A stretch of 64,000 bases of DNA from Candidatus Dormiibacterota bacterium. Its GTDB lineage: Bacteria; Chloroflexota; Dormibacteria; Aeolococcales; Bog-877. The stretch is taken from the NCBI GenBank assembly GCA_027306655.1, contig DAHUZL010000135.1, forward strand, positions 6,677-70,676. The letters run 5' to 3'. Shown one piece after another: positions 35,854 through 44,099 of this stretch. Below the pieces are notes generated by a model. That model did not search any database. It was given only the letters and a program-made list of their open reading frames with translations, and was not told where the DNA came from. The position numbers and the translations under genes are program-made. Each line of letters begins with the position of its first letter. Within the stretch, counting starts at the first letter, position 1.

Positions 35854-36858
35854 TCAGATCCCGACCGTCTGTGGGGTGAGCCGTTCGGGGCTCGCGCCCG
35901 GGCTGGCCGTCACCGCGAGCAGACCGAGCATCTCGTAAACGAGGTGAGCCGCGGTGAGGCTGGTGATCTCTGCGTGATCGTAGGCGGGAGCCACCTCTAC
36001 CACGTCGCCCCCCACGAGTGGAAGGCCGCGAAGCGCCCGGAGGGTGCCGAGTAGCTCCCGGCTACTGAGCCCACCAGCCTCGGGAGTGCCGGTTCCGGGC
36101 GCGTGCGCCGGGTCGAGCACGTCGATATCGACCGACACATAGACCGGGGCCGATCCGACCCGGGAGCGAATGGTCTGAGCGACGGATTGGCATCCCCCGT
36201 CATCATAGGCCGCTGCCGGTATCACATCGAAGCCCAGCCGCGTGTCGTCGGGCAGGTCCCGTTCCGTGTATAGGGGGCCCCTGATTCCGATGTGAACCGA
36301 TCGCCCATCCAACAGCAGTCCCTCCTCCGCCGCCCGACGGAAGGGCGTCCCGTGAGTAAAAGGCGCACCGAAGTAGGTGTCCCACGTGTCGAGGTGGGCA
36401 TCGAAGTGTACCAGGGCCACAGGGCCTGAATGCCGATTCAAAGCGCGGAGGAGAGGAAGTGCGATCGTGTGGTCACCGCCGATGGCAATCAGGCTCCGAG
36501 CCTTGAGCAGGACGGACTTGGCCGCAGCCTCGATCTGCTCGAGGGCAACGGTGATGTCGAAGGGGTTGCAGGTGACGTCGCCGACATCGACGACCTGCTG
36601 GCGGTCAAACGGTGCGACCGCAAGTCCGGGGTGGTAGGGGCGCAGCAGCCGGGACCCCATCCTGACCGCCGCTGGCCCGAATCGGGCCCCGGGCCGATAT
36701 GAGGTGCCGCTGTCAAATGGTACGCCAAGGATCGCCACGTCCCACCGTGACACCTCGTCCCCACGCGGGAGCCTGGCAAAGGTGGTGGGCCCGCCAAAGC
36801 GGGGCACCGTCCGCCCATCCACCTGGCCGACCGGGGGTGGTGGTTCGGAACTAGCCAT
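35854..36858 (-). CDS. Ureohydrolase (agmatinase/arginase/guanidino-acid hydrolase family)
   Basis: 'GGDHTIALP', 'HFDAHLDTW', 'VSVDIDVLDPAHAPGTGTPE', 'GGLSSREL' are the binuclear Mn ligand motifs. The start was chosen at 'MASSEPPPP' (36858). Confidence 0.8.
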   Translation of the reverse strand: MASSEPPPPVGQVDGRTVPRFGGPTTFARLPRGDEVSRWDVAILGVPFDSGTSYRPGARFGPAAVRMGSRLLRPYHPGLAVAPFDRQQVVDVGDVTCNPFDITVALEQIEAAAKSVLLKARSLIAIGGDHTIALPLLRALNRHSGPVALVHFDAHLDTWDTYFGAPFTHGTPFRRAAEEGLLLDGRSVHIGIRGPLYTERDLPDDTRLGFDVIPAAAYDDGGCQSVAQTIRSRVGSAPVYVSVDIDVLDPAHAPGTGTPEAGGLSSRELLGTLRALRGLPLVGGDVVEVAPAYDHAEITSLTAAHLVYEMLGLLAVTASPGASPERLTPQTVGI

Positions 36859-37018
36859 CTCCCTCACGGCCGGAGCTGTTGACCACGGGGGTGGAGCGGA
36901 CGGTTCTGGTGCAGATGCAGGTGCGGGCATGGGGGGTGGGCGAGACTGACCCGTAGAACTGTGGCCGGCCGGCTTCCTTCGGCGCAATTGGCCGACCGAC
37001 CAAGTCAGGATCCCGACC

Positions 37019-38665
37019 TTGGCCACGGCGGTGGCGCCGGAGCCGAAGCCGCCGGCGAGCGTCGACCAGCGGCCTGCTGTAGAGTGCTCCACCTTGACCA
37101 TCACCGTCGCGGACCTGATCACCATGCCCCATCTCGGCATCTCGGTTCGTGCGGGGGCGGGCGGGCTCGCCGCCCGGGTGTCTTGGGCCCATGTGAGTGA
37201 GCTGGAGGACCCGACCCCGTGGCTGGAGGGGGGAGAGCTGATTATGACCGCCGGAATGGCGGTACCTCGGGGCGCGGCCCGCCAGAAGGCCTACGTCGAC
37301 CGACTGGCTGCACGAGGCGTGGCCGCAGTAGCGATCTCCCAGGACCTCTATGCCCCCGCCGATATGACCGCCCTTCTTGCAGAGGCGGACCGGCGCTCAT
37401 TTCCGGTCCTCGACGTGTCGATCGAGGTCCCGTTCCTCGTCATCACCCGGGTGGTGGCTACCGCCAACCAGGCCGAATCCCAGCGTCGTCTCGTTACCCA
37501 CCTGCAGATCTTCGACTCGCTGCGAGCAGCGTCGCGGGAGGGGCTCGAAGCACGGGCTCTGTTCGACCGCCTGGAGCGGCTCTCAGGATATCGCCTCTTC
37601 CTTGGGACCCCATCGGGGAAGGAGCTCCTGCCCGGGGTGAGCGCGCCCCCAGCCTCGTCGGCCTCGCTCCTCCCGCGGCCCACTGGTGCCTCACCGGAGA
37701 TCCCGGGTGGCTACGCAGTCTCGGTCCCCGTGGCTGGCCGCACGGCCGGCTACCTGGTGGCCCTGCAGACAGACGGCGCGCGTGGCGTCGGACTGTCTGG
37801 AGTCCAGCACATCGCCACCATCGCCGCCCTTCAGGTCGCCAATCTTGACCGCGAGCGCGAGAGTCTTCGGCGTGCCGGCGCCGAGACGCTTGCGGAGCTG
37901 CTTGCCGGAGTGTTGGACCCCGGAGTGGCCCAGAAGCGGCTGGACCTCGCCGGTTTCGACGTCAGCAAACCGGCGGTCTTGGCGGTGATCCGGAGCCGTG
38001 GGGCACCGCTCGATGATCAAGGCGTCGCCAGAGCCCTCATCATGAGTTCCCTTACCCACCTGCTCCTGTTTCAGCGTGACCTTTGGCTGCTCACGCCCGC
38101 CGATCCTGGGCCGGCAGCTGCACTGGGCGCCGTGGAAGGCACCGTGGCAGGGGTCAGCGCACCCTTCAATCCGGCAGAATCGCTGGTTCGCCCCCGTCGC
38201 CAGGCGACTTGGGCTCTCCAGCGTGCACTCGACCGCGGGTCAACTCTGGCGCACTTTCACGAGGCAGAGGCGGCGCTTGCGTGGCTTCCACCCGACGCCG
38301 ACTCCCTCAACGGCCTCGTAGACCAAGTGCTCGGTGCCGTCGTGCGCTACGAGCCTCCCCGAGGAGCCGACCTGCTGCGATCCCTGAGTGTCTGGCTCGA
38401 GTCGGAGCGCCGAACCGAAGCTGCCGCACGGATCCTCGGAGTCCACAAGCACACCCTGGCCTACCGGCTCAGCCGGGTCGAGTCCCTCACGGGCCGAGAC
38501 CTCAGTCGAGTGCGAGACCTGGCGGATGTGTGGCTGGCCATGCGCGCGCTCGCCATTGTGGCGCCGAACCTGCTTGAGGGTGAGCGAACGGTTGGACGTC
38601 GCCGCCGGGGAAAGGGACTGACGGGTCACCTGCCCGATCACGATGTTGGTCTGCCAGGCCACTGA
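37019..38665 (+). CDS. PucR-family transcriptional regulator
   Basis: PucR-like N-terminal domain ('LGISVRAGAGGLAARVSWAHVSELEDPTPWLEGGELIMTAG') and C-terminal HTH ('AAARILGVHKHTLAYRLSRVESLTGRDL'). It is divergent from the ureohydrolase operon. Confidence 0.7.
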   Translation: MATAVAPEPKPPASVDQRPAVECSTLTITVADLITMPHLGISVRAGAGGLAARVSWAHVSELEDPTPWLEGGELIMTAGMAVPRGAARQKAYVDRLAARGVAAVAISQDLYAPADMTALLAEADRRSFPVLDVSIEVPFLVITRVVATANQAESQRRLVTHLQIFDSLRAASREGLEARALFDRLERLSGYRLFLGTPSGKELLPGVSAPPASSASLLPRPTGASPEIPGGYAVSVPVAGRTAGYLVALQTDGARGVGLSGVQHIATIAALQVANLDRERESLRRAGAETLAELLAGVLDPGVAQKRLDLAGFDVSKPAVLAVIRSRGAPLDDQGVARALIMSSLTHLLLFQRDLWLLTPADPGPAAALGAVEGTVAGVSAPFNPAESLVRPRRQATWALQRALDRGSTLAHFHEAEAALAWLPPDADSLNGLVDQVLGAVVRYEPPRGADLLRSLSVWLESERRTEAAARILGVHKHTLAYRLSRVESLTGRDLSRVRDLADVWLAMRALAIVAPNLLEGERTVGRRRRGKGLTGHLPDHDVGLPGH

Positions 38666-38767
38666 GTGGAGTTCGCGATTGTGTTATCGGCCAATTGCCA
38701 TGTCCATCGGGGCGGGTCACACTCGGCCCCGTACAGGGGCGTCGACCGACGCGTGGGGGATTTGGGG

Positions 38768-40591
38768 ATGATTACATTGGGTGGCCCGAGCCGACGGATC
38801 GGCCCGATGCTCAGTCTGGTGGGGTTGATGGCCGCGCTGGCGGCCTGCGGCGGCGGGCTGCCGTCCCGCACGGCGGCGGGTCGCACTCAGGGCACGGTCG
38901 TCTTCGCCGAACCGGCCGGATCGCACCCGACCTACATCTTTCCCCTAGACTCGCTAGCCTATTTTTCGACAATCAACCTGAACCAGTTCCAGTACCTCAT
39001 GTGGCGGCCTCTGTACTGGTTTGGCAGTGGCTCAAAGGTCGTGCTGAATCAGCAACTGAGCTTGGCTTACCCGCCGCAGTTCATCGACGGAAACGGGAAG
39101 GTCGTAATACGACTCAAGCCGTACCGCTGGTCCGATGGCCACCCAGTCACGGCCCGTGACGTCCAGTTCTGGATGAACCTGCTCAAGGCCAACAAGGCCA
39201 ATTGGGGAGAGTATGCCGGCCCTGGCACATTCCCGGACAACGTCGCCAAGGTCACCATCGACAACGCGACCGAGCTGACCCTCACGCTCACCCATGCCTT
39301 CTCACCCACTTGGTTCACATTCAATGAGTTGAGCCAGATTACCCCCATTCCACAGCACGCCTGGGATCGCACGAGCTCAGGTGGAAGCGTCGGAAACTTT
39401 GATGACACTCCCAAAGGCGCCGTGGCCGTTTACAACTTCCTCAACCATCAGGCCGAATCGCTCACTACTTACACCACCAACCCACTCTGGCGGGTGGTCG
39501 ATGGCCCATGGGTTCTTCACACCTTCAACACCACAGGGTACGCCGCCTTCCGCCCTAACGTGAACTACTCGGGTTCGGTCAAGCCTCACCTACGCGAATT
39601 CGTCGAGATGCCGTTCACCTCCGAGACGGCAGAGTTTGACGCCCTCCGGGCCGGAACCATAACATACGGCTACGTTCCGCTCCCCGATGTAAGCCAGATT
39701 CACGCGGTCAGGGCAGCGGGATTCACGGTCCATCCGTGGTATCTGTGGTCGATGAACATCATTCCGCTGAATTTCCACAATCCCGTGGCGGGCTCCATTC
39801 TCCGTCAGCTCTACGTGCGTCAGGCGATCCAGTCGCTCATCAATCAGACTCTGTACCTACGCGCGGCGCTGAAGGGCTACGGCGCTCCAGATTACGGTCC
39901 GGTGCCGATCTATCCGCCCAACCCGTATGCAAGCGCCTACGAGCGGGCGAATCCCTATCCATTCAACCCAGGGCACGCGGTGAGCTTGCTTAGGCGGCAT
40001 GGCTGGCGCGTCCGGCCGGGAGGCGCCTCTACGTGTGCCGATCCTGGGCCGCGGCAGAGCCAGTGCGGGGTGGGTGTGGTCCGCGGCGAGCGGCTGGAGC
40101 TCAACATTCTGTACTCGGCCGGGATCGTCTGGATCAGTCAGGAAATGCAGGCTCTCAGGTCTAGCCTGTCGCTCGCGGGGATCCAGCTCAACCTTCGAGA
40201 GGCGCCGTCGAATACAGTCGTATTCACGCCGATTCCGTGCACGGCCAAGCAGCCGGTCTGCAGTTGGCAGTTGGTGTTTTGGGGAAACGGATGGGAGTAT
40301 GCTCCGGATAACTACCCGACCGGAGGTGACGCCTTTCACACCGGCGCGGTCGGCAACTGGGGCAGCTACAGCAATCCTACCGCCGACCGCTTGATTGCGG
40401 CGACGCACTACCAGACTGGTGAGGCGGTGCTGGTTCGGTACCAGAACTTCATCGCCGCGCAGATCCCGATGCTGTGGATGCCGATTGCCCCCTATCAGAT
40501 CTCCGCCATCCGCGACACCCTCCACGGGGCCACGCCGCAGCCCGTTGACGGGGTTTCGCTCACTCCAGAGGCGTGGTCGCTGAGACGCTGA
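38768..40591 (+). CDS. ABC transporter substrate-binding lipoprotein, family 5, a paralog of the 29645 gene
   Basis: Lipobox 'LAACGGG'. 'RWSDGHPVTARDVQFWMNLLKANKANW' and 'TTNPLWRVVDGPW' are shared with the first SBP. A later start (M at ~38807) is possible. Confidence 0.75.
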   Translation: MITLGGPSRRIGPMLSLVGLMAALAACGGGLPSRTAAGRTQGTVVFAEPAGSHPTYIFPLDSLAYFSTINLNQFQYLMWRPLYWFGSGSKVVLNQQLSLAYPPQFIDGNGKVVIRLKPYRWSDGHPVTARDVQFWMNLLKANKANWGEYAGPGTFPDNVAKVTIDNATELTLTLTHAFSPTWFTFNELSQITPIPQHAWDRTSSGGSVGNFDDTPKGAVAVYNFLNHQAESLTTYTTNPLWRVVDGPWVLHTFNTTGYAAFRPNVNYSGSVKPHLREFVEMPFTSETAEFDALRAGTITYGYVPLPDVSQIHAVRAAGFTVHPWYLWSMNIIPLNFHNPVAGSILRQLYVRQAIQSLINQTLYLRAALKGYGAPDYGPVPIYPPNPYASAYERANPYPFNPGHAVSLLRRHGWRVRPGGASTCADPGPRQSQCGVGVVRGERLELNILYSAGIVWISQEMQALRSSLSLAGIQLNLREAPSNTVVFTPIPCTAKQPVCSWQLVFWGNGWEYAPDNYPTGGDAFHTGAVGNWGSYSNPTADRLIAATHYQTGEAVLVRYQNFIAAQIPMLWMPIAPYQISAIRDTLHGATPQPVDGVSLTPEAWSLRR

Positions 40592-40599
40592 GGATCGGG

Positions 40600-40626
40600 C
40601 GGGGAACCGGGACGATCGTTCCCCGA
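40600..40626 (+). terminator. Candidate stem-loop after the SBP paralog (GGGGAAC-N10-GTTCCCC)
   Basis: 7-bp perfect stem beginning 9 nt after the stop codon. No U-tract. Confidence 0.3.
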
Positions 40627-40692
40627 GCGGATGGCGGTCCCGGCGACCGTGAGCCGCCCGGAGTCGTCCAAAGCCGGTAACGTCTCCGGGCG

Positions 40693-43275
40693 ATGCGCCC
40701 GGTCAGCCAGTTCACGGTCCAGCCCCGGCTCCCGGGGCCGCTCGAGCCGCTCCAGGAGCTGGCCGAGAACCTCCGCTGGACCTGGCATCGTCCGGCTCGC
40801 GACCTGTTCCGGCGGCTGGTGGACGAGGGCGGCGAGGTGCACCGCAACGGTGGGGCGGGCCTGGTGGGCGCCGACGGCGCCGTCAACCCGCTGCTGGCCC
40901 TCGCCCGGGCGGGGCGGGAACGTCTGGACGCGCTGGCGGCGGACCCGGGGTACGTGGCCCAGGTGGCGGCCCAGGCCGAGGCGCTCGACGCGTACCAGCA
41001 GCAGCGGCTCTGGTTCCAGACCGATGGGCCGCCCGGGCTCGGCACCGTGGCCTACTTCTCACCGGAGTTCGGGATCAGCGAGGCCATCCCCCAGTACTCG
41101 GGCGGTCTCGGGGTGCTCGCGGGCGACCACCTGAAGGCCGCCAGCGATCTCGGCGTGCCCCTGGTCGGGGTCGGGCTGCTGTACGCGGAGGGCTACTTCC
41201 GGCAGGAGCTCGACGAGTCGGGCTGGCAGCGCGAGCGCTACGTCGCGCTCGATCCCGAGCTCCTGGGGCTGCGGCCGGTCGCCGGGCTCGAGGTGCAGGT
41301 GGAGCTGGCCGGACGACCGCTCGCCGCCCAGGCCTGGCGGGCCTCGATCGGGCGGGTCCGTCTGTACCTGCTCGACACCGACGTGCCCGCGAATCCCCCC
41401 GACCTGCGCCGTCTCACCGACCGTCTCTACGGCGGGGACATGGAGCACCGGCTCTGCCAGGAGATCCTCCTCGGGGTGGGCGGGATCCGCGCGCTGCGCG
41501 GGGCCGGGGAGGCGCCCACCGTCTTCCACACCAACGAGGGGCATGCCGGCTTCCTCGGCCTGGAGCGGATCCAGGAGCTGGTCGTGGGATCGGGGCTCTC
41601 GTTCGACGAGGCGGTGGAGGCGGTGCGGAGCGCCACCGTCTTCACCACCCACACCCCGGTTCCGGCCGGGATCGACCGCTTCCCGGTCGAGCTGATGCGC
41701 CGCTACTTCGCCCCCCTGGCGGAGGCGTGCGGCATCCCCTTCGCGCGCCTGATGGCAATCGGCCACCACCCGGATGAGCCCGAGGAGGCGCCTTTCAACA
41801 TGGCGGTGATGGGCCTGCGCCTGGCCGGCCACGCCAACGCCGTCTCCCGCCTGCACCAGGCGGTGAGCCGCACCCTCTTCGGCGGGCTCTGGCCGGAGGT
41901 GCCGGCGGCGGAGGTCCCCATCGGCGGCATCACCAACGGTGTCCATCCCCGCAGCTGGGTCGCCGAGGACGTGGACCGGCTGCTCACGCAGCACCTGGGC
42001 CCGGATTGGGACCAGGCGACGGCGGAGCGGTGGGCTGGGCTCGCCGCGGTGCCCGACCAGGCCCTCTGGTCGCTCCGGGAGTCGGGTCGCGGCCGATTGG
42101 TCGCCGCCGTCCGGGCGCGGCTGCGGGCGAGCCAGCTCGCCGTCCCCTCGGGAGGGGGCGACCTCGCCTGGTGGGACGAGGTCCTCGACCCCTCCGTGTG
42201 CACGATCGGCTTCGCTCGCCGGGTGGCCGAGTACAAGCGCGCGACCCTCCTGCTGAGCGATCCGGGCCGGCTGACCCGGCTCCTCACCGACCCGACCCGA
42301 CCGGTGCAGCTCGTCTTCGCGGGCAAGGCCCACCCGGCCGACGAGGTCGGCAAGCGCATGATCCAGGAGCTCGTCCGGTTCGCCGCCGATCCCGCCGTGC
42401 GCCACCGGATCGTCTTCCTCGAGGACTACGGCATCGACCTCGCCCGCGCCCTCTACCAGGGGGCCGATGTCTGGCTCAACACGCCGCGGCGCCAGCAGGA
42501 GGCATGCGGCACAAGCGGCGAGAAGGCGGCGCTCGGGGGCGGTCTCAACTGCTCGATCCGGGACGGGTGGTGGGACGAGGGCTTCGACGGGGAGAACGGC
42601 TGGGCGATCCCCTCCGCCGACCCCGCGCTCGACCCGGCCGAGCGCGACCGCCGGGAGGCCGCCGAGCTGTTCTCGGTGCTGGAGGACAGGGTGGTGCCGC
42701 TGTTCTACGCGCGCGACGGCGGCGGGGTGCCGGCCGGGTGGGTGGCCCGCGTCCGTCACGCGCTGATGGTGCTGGGGCCGTTCGTGAACGCCGCCCGGAT
42801 GGTGAGGGAGTACGTGGAGGCCAGCTACGCCCCGGCCGAGCGACGGGGGGCCCGCCTCGCCGCCGACGGGTTCGCCGTCGCCCGCGACCTGGCCGCGTGG
42901 AAGGCGAATGTGCGGGCGTGCTGGCCCCAGCTCCGGATCGAGGGGGTGCGCGGGCCGGGGGCGCCGCCCGCGCTGGGCGCCCGTGCCGAGGTCGAGGCGC
43001 GGGTGGCGCTGGCCGGCCTGCGTCCCTCGGAGCTGCAGGTCGAGCTGGTGCATGGGGCGATCACCGACGGCGGCGAGATCGACAATCCCGGCCGCGCCCC
43101 GATGGCGCTGGTCGACCCGGAGATCTCCGGGGATGGCGCCCGCTACCGGGGACGCTTCGTCTGCGACCGCGCCGGACCCTACGGGTTCACCGTCCGCGCG
43201 ACCCCGGTCCATCCCGAGCTGGCGAGCCCGCTCGAGACCGGGTGCATCGCCTGGGCCCTCCCGGAGGAGCGATGA
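40693..43275 (+). CDS. glgP: Alpha-glucan (glycogen/maltodextrin) phosphorylase, GT35
   Basis: 860 aa. 'AYFSPEFGISEAIPQYSGGLGVLAGDHLKAASDLGVPLVGVGLLY' and 'GEKAALGGG' (PLP-Lys region). Confidence 0.85.
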   Translation: MRPVSQFTVQPRLPGPLEPLQELAENLRWTWHRPARDLFRRLVDEGGEVHRNGGAGLVGADGAVNPLLALARAGRERLDALAADPGYVAQVAAQAEALDAYQQQRLWFQTDGPPGLGTVAYFSPEFGISEAIPQYSGGLGVLAGDHLKAASDLGVPLVGVGLLYAEGYFRQELDESGWQRERYVALDPELLGLRPVAGLEVQVELAGRPLAAQAWRASIGRVRLYLLDTDVPANPPDLRRLTDRLYGGDMEHRLCQEILLGVGGIRALRGAGEAPTVFHTNEGHAGFLGLERIQELVVGSGLSFDEAVEAVRSATVFTTHTPVPAGIDRFPVELMRRYFAPLAEACGIPFARLMAIGHHPDEPEEAPFNMAVMGLRLAGHANAVSRLHQAVSRTLFGGLWPEVPAAEVPIGGITNGVHPRSWVAEDVDRLLTQHLGPDWDQATAERWAGLAAVPDQALWSLRESGRGRLVAAVRARLRASQLAVPSGGGDLAWWDEVLDPSVCTIGFARRVAEYKRATLLLSDPGRLTRLLTDPTRPVQLVFAGKAHPADEVGKRMIQELVRFAADPAVRHRIVFLEDYGIDLARALYQGADVWLNTPRRQQEACGTSGEKAALGGGLNCSIRDGWWDEGFDGENGWAIPSADPALDPAERDRREAAELFSVLEDRVVPLFYARDGGGVPAGWVARVRHALMVLGPFVNAARMVREYVEASYAPAERRGARLAADGFAVARDLAAWKANVRACWPQLRIEGVRGPGAPPALGARAEVEARVALAGLRPSELQVELVHGAITDGGEIDNPGRAPMALVDPEISGDGARYRGRFVCDRAGPYGFTVRATPVHPELASPLETGCIAWALPEER

Positions 43276-44045
43276 CCGCGCCCGCCGCCGGCGGCGCCCT
43301 GGCGGGCCGGGTCGTCCTCATCACCGGCGCGTCCCGCGGCATCGGCCGGGCGGTGGCGGCCGCCGTCCTCGACGCCGGCGGCCGGGTGGTGCTCACCGCC
43401 CGCCACCCCGAGGGGTTGGCGGAGACCGCCGCCATCCTCGGCGACGCCACCGGGGTGCGCACCGTGGCCGGGGCCAGCGAGGACCCGGCCCACCGCGCCG
43501 CCGCCGTCGCCTGCGCCCTGGAGGCGTTCGGGCGCTGTGACGGGCTGGTCCATGGGGCCGCCGTCAGCCCCCTGTACGGGCCCCTGATCGAGGCCGACCT
43601 CGGCGAGGTCGGGCGCACCCTGGAGGTGAACGTCACCGCCGGGCTGGGCTGGGTCCAGCTGGTCTGGCGGGCGTGGATGGCCGATCACGGCGGGGCGATC
43701 GTCACCCTCGCCTCGGTCGGGGGGCTGCGCGCGGCGCCCGCGATCGGCGCCTACAACGTCAGCAAGGCGGCGCTGATCCACCTCACCCGCCAGCTCGCCC
43801 AGGAGCTCAGCCCCGGGGTGCGGGTCAACGCGGTGGCGCCGGCGGTGGTGCGGACCCGGTTCGCCCGGGCGCTGTACGAGGGGCACGAGGCGGAGGTGGC
43901 GGCACGGTACCCGTTGGGGCGGTTGGGCGAGCCCGCGGACGTCGCCCACGCGGTGGTGTTCCTGCTCGGCGATGCCGCCAGCTGGATCACGGGGACGGTC
44001 CTCAGCGTGGACGGCGGCCTGCAGGTGGCGGCCGGGCCGCTCTGA
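43272..44045 (+). CDS. SDR family oxidoreductase
   Basis: 'VLITGASRGIGRA' and 'YNVSKAAL'. The start overlaps the glgP stop as ATGA. Confidence 0.8.
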   Translation: MTAPAAGGALAGRVVLITGASRGIGRAVAAAVLDAGGRVVLTARHPEGLAETAAILGDATGVRTVAGASEDPAHRAAAVACALEAFGRCDGLVHGAAVSPLYGPLIEADLGEVGRTLEVNVTAGLGWVQLVWRAWMADHGGAIVTLASVGGLRAAPAIGAYNVSKAALIHLTRQLAQELSPGVRVNAVAPAVVRTRFARALYEGHEAEVAARYPLGRLGEPADVAHAVVFLLGDAASWITGTVLSVDGGLQVAAGPL

Positions 44046-44099
44046 CGCGGCGACGGACGTCCGGGTGCGGATCCCGCCCGCGTCGTACGATCGGCGTCG

